Positions 58,509-64,000 of a stretch of 64,000 bases of DNA are shown here, piece by piece. The DNA is from Gemmatimonadota bacterium (GTDB lineage Bacteria; Gemmatimonadota; Gemmatimonadetes; Gemmatimonadales; GWC2-71-9), in NCBI GenBank assembly GCA_036679605.1, contig JAZDCZ010000254.1:1-64000 (forward strand), written 5' to 3'. The position numbers were made by a program, and so were the translations under genes. The notes under the pieces are model-generated. The model saw only the letters and a list, made by a program, of their open reading frames with translations, was not told the DNA's origin and did no database searches. The stretch's first letter is position 1. Every line of letters starts with the position of its first letter.

Positions 58509-61378
58509 TCTTGCCGCAACGCCTCGATCGGATCGACACGCATCGCACGACGCGCGGGGAGATATGTGGCAGCCAGCGCAAGCGCGAAGATCAACACAGC
58601 CACCCCTGCCAACGTCGTGGGATCCAGGGGAACGACCCCAAACAGCAGACTCGATACGTAGCGCGTCACCCAGAACACCAGTACGAAACCCAGTGCGACC
58701 CCCAACCCGACCATGCGAGCCCCCTGGCCGAGCACGAGCCCCGCTATGTTCGAGTGGGCTGCACCGAGCGCCATCCTAATGCCGAGTTCGCGCGTGCGCT
58801 GAGTCACTGCATAGGTGAGCACCCCGAAGAGGCCGAGGCACGTGATGCCTGTGGCCAGCACGGCAAATAGAACTACCAACTGCGCCCTGAACCTGCTGTC
58901 CGCACTTTGCTCTGCGACCATCTGGTCGAGGGTGCGGATCTGTCGGACCTCGATCTCGTTGGGGTCGACGGCCACGATTTCGCGGCGCAACACCTCTGCC
59001 AATGCTGCCGGCTCCACAGAGGCGCGAACAAAGAGGTTCTCGCCACGCGCGTTGTGTAAATAGAAGGTGGGCCGTGGTTCGACTCCGAGCGTGTTCTGTA
59101 CGTCCTGCGCCACCCCAATTACTTCGGCTCCTACTCCGAACCACGGGAGGGGTGATTGCGGATCGAATTGCTCGCCCCTTCGGATCCTACTCAGCGTTTG
59201 CGCGATGACGTCCGGGGCCTCATCCCTCGGAAAGAAGACTTTGCCCAACGGGCTCTCGCCGGGCCAAACCTTCCGGGCCATTGCCGCGTTGATCACAACT
59301 CGCTGGTTTTGCAATAGCCAGGAACGGTCGTCCCCGCCATTGTCCCAGGCGGCGACTTGTTGGTTCCAACGCGCCTCGTTGGCGGCTATGTCGGCGTTGT
59401 TCCAGGCACGACCCTCGAGCATCGGGAAGCCCATGGTGCGAAAGTATCCCGCTGATAGCATTTGCATATGGGCCACCGGGCGTTGGCCCTCCTCGGGTCG
59501 TGGCCGGTCGGGCAGCGTGATAACTGTGACCGACGGCTCCACACCGGATAATGGCACAGACCCCCATCGCCCTGAAGCGTACGCCGCGACCCCGGGAATC
59601 GACTCAACGCGGTCCCGGAGCAGGGCATGCAGTTGGCGCCACCCTGAAGGCCCATTGTATTTCGAAAATTGCGGAGGGGGTAAACTGATCTTCACGTGGA
59701 CAACGCGTTCGCCAACCCCCGTGTCGACTCCTACGAGGTTCCAAAAGCTCTGCAGCATGAGACCGGCACCAGCGAGCAGCACCAGCGACAGTGCTACCTC
59801 GGCGGTGACCAGCACGCGAAGTGAACGGGTCCGGGCAAGCGTGGCGCCTCGACCTCCGGCCTTGAGTACCTCGGACGAGTCGCGCCGGGCACCACGCGCA
59901 GCGGGCCACAGGCCCACGAGCAGCACGCTGGCCAGCGATACACCTACCGCGAACGCCAGCACTCCCGCATCAAGACCGGCCTGGTCCAACCGGTGCACGC
60001 CGTCCGGCGAGAACATCTTGAGGGCGGCGATACCCCAATACGCCAACAACACACCCAACACACACGCCGTGCCCCCGAGTACTGTTGCTTCGGTGAGCAA
60101 CTGACTGAAAATGCGTCGTGCTCCGGCGCCGAGAGCCGCACGGACAGCCAGTTCCCGCTCCCGAGCCACCCCCCAACCCAATAGCAGGCTCGAAACGCTG
60201 GCGCAGGCAACGAGCAACACCAGCGCCGTGGCCGCCCAGAGAAAGCCCAATGCCACTCCATATTCCTGGCGCAGCAGATCGCCAACCGAAAAAACGGTCA
60301 CTTCGAGACCCGCTTCCGTTTCGGGAGCGATCTCGGCCATCCCGTCCGCAATGGATTGCAGATTTGTCCGTGCCTGCTCGACTGTCACCCCCTCCCGCAG
60401 CTGAGCGAGGGTACGGATTCCCCCAAAACGACGCTCGGTGCGGTATCCTCCCTGATCAAGCCCGACTGGCAAAATCAATTCCAGTGCCTGCGACACTGCG
60501 TAGTTGGCGCCTTTGCGTAGAGGCGGCATCCTGAAATCCGGCGGCAGGACACCAACGACCTCATATTCCGACGGGAGGTAGCCCTCCCCCTGGACATAAC
60601 GCCACAGGGGAATCGTCTGTCCGATCACATCCTCACCACCCAATTCGCGCAGCCAGTACCCGTGGCTAAGCAACACAACGTTGCCGGCGCCATCCAGGTC
60701 CTCGTCGGCCCGAAACGTGCGACCGCGAAACGGCGCAACTCCCATCATCGTGAACAGATCGGCGGAAACGTAAGCAGCCGGTATCACCGAAGCGCGGTCC
60801 TCATCTCCGGTGGCTACTCCGCCGGTGTAATAGATGGCGGCAAAGTGCGAGAAGACATCGTTCCGGCTGCGGTACTCGCGGAAATTGGGAATCGACATCT
60901 GCAGCTCGTCCTCCGGCGGACCGGCGCGACGATTGGAGTGGTCCCACAGTTGCACCACCCTATCGGGCGACTTGAAGGGAAGCGGTGCCAAGACAACCGT
61001 CTTGATCACGCCGAACATGGCGGCATTGGCCCCGATGCCCAGCGCCAGCGTGAGCACCGCCGCGACGGTGAATCCCGGTCTCCTGCGCAGGGCTCGGACG
61101 GCGGAGCGGAGATCGTGAGCTAGGCCAACCAAGAAGCTCGCCCGAGCCTGCTTGCGCACGTGACCGTGCAGAATCTTTTCCCCTTGCTCGCGATAGTGTC
61201 GAGCGTCGCCGAAACGTCGCTCTGCGTCACGCCGAGCTTCCGCCGGCTCCATTCCCTCGGCCTCACTGTCGAGGGTTCGCTGTTGCAAGTGGAAGTGAAA
61301 CTCTTCATCGATCTCATTGAGTGTGCGACGGCGGGATGGCAGCCATTGGCGGATGTCAAAGCAGCGTTTGAGATTCAT
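58505..61378 (-). CDS. ADOP-type duplicated MacB/FtsX ABC permease
   Basis: I.EE..FH N-terminus; TLALGIGANAA.F; RE.E.AVR.ALGA; RTRELGIRMALGA; PARRA.RVDP..ALR.E. Confidence 0.93.
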   Translation of the reverse strand: MNLKRCFDIRQWLPSRRRTLNEIDEEFHFHLQQRTLDSEAEGMEPAEARRDAERRFGDARHYREQGEKILHGHVRKQARASFLVGLAHDLRSAVRALRRRPGFTVAAVLTLALGIGANAAMFGVIKTVVLAPLPFKSPDRVVQLWDHSNRRAGPPEDELQMSIPNFREYRSRNDVFSHFAAIYYTGGVATGDEDRASVIPAAYVSADLFTMMGVAPFRGRTFRADEDLDGAGNVVLLSHGYWLRELGGEDVIGQTIPLWRYVQGEGYLPSEYEVVGVLPPDFRMPPLRKGANYAVSQALELILPVGLDQGGYRTERRFGGIRTLAQLREGVTVEQARTNLQSIADGMAEIAPETEAGLEVTVFSVGDLLRQEYGVALGFLWAATALVLLVACASVSSLLLGWGVARERELAVRAALGAGARRIFSQLLTEATVLGGTACVLGVLLAYWGIAALKMFSPDGVHRLDQAGLDAGVLAFAVGVSLASVLLVGLWPAARGARRDSSEVLKAGGRGATLARTRSLRVLVTAEVALSLVLLAGAGLMLQSFWNLVGVDTGVGERVVHVKISLPPPQFSKYNGPSGWRQLHALLRDRVESIPGVAAYASGRWGSVPLSGVEPSVTVITLPDRPRPEEGQRPVAHMQMLSAGYFRTMGFPMLEGRAWNNADIAANEARWNQQVAAWDNGGDDRSWLLQNQRVVINAAMARKVWPGESPLGKVFFPRDEAPDVIAQTLSRIRRGEQFDPQSPLPWFGVGAEVIGVAQDVQNTLGVEPRPTFYLHNARGENLFVRASVEPAALAEVLRREIVAVDPNEIEVRQIRTLDQMVAEQSADSRFRAQLVVLFAVLATGITCLGLFGVLTYAVTQRTRELGIRMALGAAHSNIAGLVLGQGARMVGLGVALGFVLVFWVTRYVSSLLFGVVPLDPTTLAGVAVLIFALALAATYLPARRAMRVDPIEALRQE

Positions 61379-61722
61379 CGGACCGCCTCCGGCTTGGGAG
61401 TCATGACCTTGCCCACCGCCTCAGAAAACCGCTCCCAAAGCACTGCTTTCTCCTTCAACTGGCCACGACCGGCCCGAGTCAGGCTATAGATCTTGGCTCG
61501 GCGCTTGCTTTCGGTGAGAAACCACTCCGCTTCGATCAATCCTCGCTTTTGCATGCGATAGAGCGCGGGATACATCGATCCCTCGTCGACCTGGAGGGTA
61601 TCGTCTGTCAGGGCCTGAAGACGGCGGGTGATCCCGTACCCGTGTTGGGGCTCCTGCTCCAGAATCTGGAGCACCAGCATGTCGAGGGTGCCCTTGAGGA
61701 CTTCGATCGCATCAGATTGCAT
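61375..61722 (-). CDS. PadR family transcriptional regulator (acidobacterial type)
   Basis: L.GTLDMLVL, HGYGI, EGS.YPAL.R, RRA..Y.LT..GR. Confidence 0.95.
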   Translation of the reverse strand: MQSDAIEVLKGTLDMLVLQILEQEPQHGYGITRRLQALTDDTLQVDEGSMYPALYRMQKRGLIEAEWFLTESKRRAKIYSLTRAGRGQLKEKAVLWERFSEAVGKVMTPKPEAVR

Positions 61723-61735
61723 CGTGGGTCCCTTA

Positions 61736-61782
61736 CCTTAGAAGTTCTAGGGAATGATACGAGCCTTCGCGCCTCGACGCAA
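61736..61782 (-). promoter_or_regulatory. padR promoter (TTGCGT-N17-TATCAT) with palindromic operator CCCTAGAAcTTCTAAGG
   Basis: Palindrome at 61736-61752 covers the predicted transcription start. Confidence 0.65.
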
Positions 61783-61803
61783 GTCTTCAGGCTGTGTCAT
61801 CCG

Positions 61804-61855
61804 TTGACGATACTGTCGATCTATGGTATGATATTTTCGCGGAAATAATATACCA
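61804..61855 (+). promoter_or_regulatory. abiE-like promoter (TTGACG-N17-TATGAT) with 15-bp inverted repeat
   Basis: Arms 61824-61838 and 61841-61855 match at 12/15 positions. Confidence 0.7.
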
Positions 61856-61870
61856 AGAGGTCGACCTGAC

Positions 61871-62446
61871 ATGCCTAGAGCAGCGAATTTCACTCTCCAT
61901 CCAGGGACTGTGTACCGGACGAAATCCTTCCAGAAGTATGGGAAGAACCCCACGCGACTGGCCGCCCGTCTCGTAAGAGAGGGTCACTTGGAGAAACTCC
62001 GGAGTGGTCTCTATTACGCCCCACGCGTCAGTCGGTTTGGTGTTGTACCGCCCGCAGACGGGGAGTTGCTCCGAGTGTTTTTCGATGGCGCTCCCTACTT
62101 GGTAACAGGGCCGTCGGTTTGGAACAGTCTGGCCCTTGGATCGACCACGGTGGCGAATGTCCAATTGGTCTACAACATGCAACGCACAGGTGTGGTCGAA
62201 CTGGCCGGACGACGCTTCGAGCTGCGTCGTGTTCGATTTCCTCGACGAGGTGTAAGACCGGAGTACTACGTCGTTGACCTCTTTGAGAACGTCGACGTCG
62301 CGGGAGTCGAGTACGACGTCTTGACCGCGAACCTGCGCAAGGCTATGGCGAATCGACGTTTTGATGCCTCGAGGCTTCGAGATGTCGCTCTCGAATACGG
62401 CAGCAAACGCACTCAGCGAGCCGTGTCCCAGGCCATCGGCGCGTAG
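61871..62446 (+). CDS. Putative type IV TA antitoxin (AbiEi-like winged helix)
   Basis: N-terminal wHTH (RLV.EG.L.KL..GLYY); YL.TG...N.L.L.ST; precedes an AbiEii-like NTase. Confidence 0.75.
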   Translation: MPRAANFTLHPGTVYRTKSFQKYGKNPTRLAARLVREGHLEKLRSGLYYAPRVSRFGVVPPADGELLRVFFDGAPYLVTGPSVWNSLALGSTTVANVQLVYNMQRTGVVELAGRRFELRRVRFPRRGVRPEYYVVDLFENVDVAGVEYDVLTANLRKAMANRRFDASRLRDVALEYGSKRTQRAVSQAIGA

Positions 62447-62451
62447 ACCAA

Positions 62452-62943
62452 GTGGGCTTCATTCACGAGGACGGCGGGTTTGCTGACCTCATACAAATCG
62501 TCTCCTCCGATCTTCGCATCAGCACGTCACTTGTGGAGAAAGACTACTGGGTAACCCACGTCCTTTGGAGCCTTGCCGAACAAGATTTCGAGGTTTGGTT
62601 CAAGGGGGGGACATCCCTGTCAAAAGGGTTCGGCCTCATTCAACGCTTCTCTGAGGATCTGGACCTCAAGCTCGAACACCCCGACCTGTCTCCAATCGGC
62701 AACTGGAAATCAGAGGGCAAGACGGCAACTGCTAATCGGAAGGTCTTCTTCGACGGGCTCATAAACCTGCTCTGTATCCCCGGGATGGATACGACGGAAC
62801 TGACCGAGCAACGCGCGAATGCCGATAGAGGCATCGTAGTTGCTGCTCATCACCCGATTGTCTTTGACGATATGCCCGTAGGCATGAGGCCATTCGTTCG
62901 GCTCCATGATGCCATGGAGTGGGTCCGCTCAAGTGCGGGATGA
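62452..62943 (+). pseudogene. AbiEii/AbiGii-like nucleotidyltransferase toxin, apparently truncated (163 aa)
   Basis: VEKDYWV, FKGGTSLSK, I.RFSEDLD present; the expected C-terminal half is missing. Confidence 0.75.
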
Positions 62944-62994
62944 TCCACCGCGACCTGCCGGACCTGGCAGCGGAGTGACGCTACATTGTCAGTC

Positions 62995-63207
62995 ATGAGA
63001 CCCGACACCCGACCACCGGAACGGCTCGACCCGAGACTCGTCGCCATCTATGGCAGGATGTCGCCTGACGAGCGACTGGCGGCCGCCTTCGCCGCGACGC
63101 AGCTCGTCCGCTCTCGTCTGGAGGCGCATTTGGGGGCGCGCGAAGATTGGACCCCAGAGCAGGTGCAGGCCGAGATAGCCCGGAGGTTCCTCCATGGAAG
63201 CGGATGA
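62995..63207 (+). CDS. Small helical protein, putative MenA1 (Rv0078B)-like antitoxin
   Basis: MSP.ERL..A.......R..L......W..E.V...IARR; overlaps the NTase gene start. Confidence 0.6.
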   Translation: MRPDTRPPERLDPRLVAIYGRMSPDERLAAAFAATQLVRSRLEAHLGAREDWTPEQVQAEIARRFLHGSG

Positions 63208-63763
63208 ACTCCTACGCTATCTGGTCACTGTACTCGAAGAGATCGGTGTTCCGTACGCGATTGGTGGATCAATCGCGAGCATCGCATACGGTGAACCCCG
63301 AGCCACCCTGGACATCGATGTCGTGGCGTCACTCACCGCTGAGAGCTTGGCAGCCTTTTGTGAACGATTCCCTCCTGCAGACTTCTATCTGAGTCTCGAG
63401 GCAGCCGATGCAGCGATCCGAGAGGGTGGCCAGTTCAACATCATCCATCCTTCGTCCGGCATGAAGATCGATGTCTTCTCGGACAAGAAGGATGCGGTCG
63501 CCAGGAGTCAAATAGAGCGCGGTCGGCGTTTGCCGGCGCTGCCGGGCTTCACAGCCGTCTTCTCTTCGCCTGAGGAGTTGATTGTGAAGAAGCTTCAGTA
63601 CTACCAACTCGGTGGCTCGGACAAACATTTGAGAGACGTGCGAGCGATGCTCGAGATCTCGGGAGAGGAAATCGATCTCCGACGGATAGGGGAATGGGTT
63701 GCTCGGTTGGATCTCGCTGAGGTCTGGACGTTGGTGTCGGATCACCCGGTGGCCGAAGGATAG
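63194..63763 (+). CDS. Nucleotidyltransferase (MenT1/DUF6036-like)
   Basis: Y.I.GS.A...YGEPR.T.DID, K.D, PE.LI..KL, K..RD. Confidence 0.8.
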   Translation: MEADELLRYLVTVLEEIGVPYAIGGSIASIAYGEPRATLDIDVVASLTAESLAAFCERFPPADFYLSLEAADAAIREGGQFNIIHPSSGMKIDVFSDKKDAVARSQIERGRRLPALPGFTAVFSSPEELIVKKLQYYQLGGSDKHLRDVRAMLEISGEEIDLRRIGEWVARLDLAEVWTLVSDHPVAEG

Positions 63764-63768
63764 GAACC

Positions 63769-64000
63769 TTACTCCTGCCGCAGCGCCTCGAGGGGATCGA
63801 CCCGCATCGCACGACGCGCCGGCAGATACGCGGCAACCAGCGCAAGCGCGAAGATCAGCGCAGCCACCCCAACCAACGTCATCGCATCCAGGGGGACGAC
63901 CCCAAACAGCAGACTCGAGAGGTAGCGCGTCAACCAAAACACCAAGACGAAACCCAGCGCGACCCCCAACCCAGCCATCCGGGCCCCTTGGCTGAGGACG
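63769..64000 (-). CDS. 3' end of a second ADOP-type ABC permease (runs off window)
   Basis: SLLFGVVPLD...YLPARRAMRVDPLEALRQE; clearly alignable at DNA level to 58505-58736. Confidence 0.9.
   Translation of the reverse strand, partial: VLSQGARMAGLGVALGFVLVFWLTRYLSSLLFGVVPLDAMTLVGVAALIFALALVAAYLPARRAMRVDPLEALRQE

Noticed and set aside
57625..60104. Long alternative-strand ORFs (318 aa at 57625-58581, 345 aa at 59067-60104) and similar ones elsewhere
   Set aside because: Antisense to well-supported genes in GC-rich DNA, with no recognisable motifs.

Overview
Bacterial chromosomal window of moderate-to-high GC. Gene content (PadR plus ADOP-type permeases, CxxxY-type CcmE, GldA/F/G-like ABC, many exported PD40-amidohydrolases) suggests a Gemmatimonadota/Acidobacteriota-like organism; this is inference only. 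Bases 1-47 kb are mostly core genes: uvrA (partial, absent from the ORF track), a cutA-TPR-macro-transglutaminase-ABC operon, ccmE/F/H, glpK, mtnA, ada/ogt, recF-dciA-gyrB, fatty-acyl-CoA ligase, family-5 UDG, a gld-like ABC, uppS, and M23 and M16 peptidases. Embedded at 16.8-22.5 kb is a candidate undescribed envelope lipid-trafficking module (MlaC-DUF3047 fusion, TolC, MlaC, MMPL/HpnN-like RND, and no membrane-fusion adaptor). Bases 47.3-64 kb are an accessory region. There, three unrelated exported proteins sit behind copies of the same promoter/leader/RBS sequence, and two of them also share a signal-peptide start. It also holds a REP-like repeat, PadR with ADOP permeases, and two tandem nucleotidyltransferase toxin-antitoxin modules, one with a truncated toxin. 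No rRNA, tRNA, CRISPR array, transposase or integrase was recognised. All family calls come from motif recognition by eye, not from database searches.
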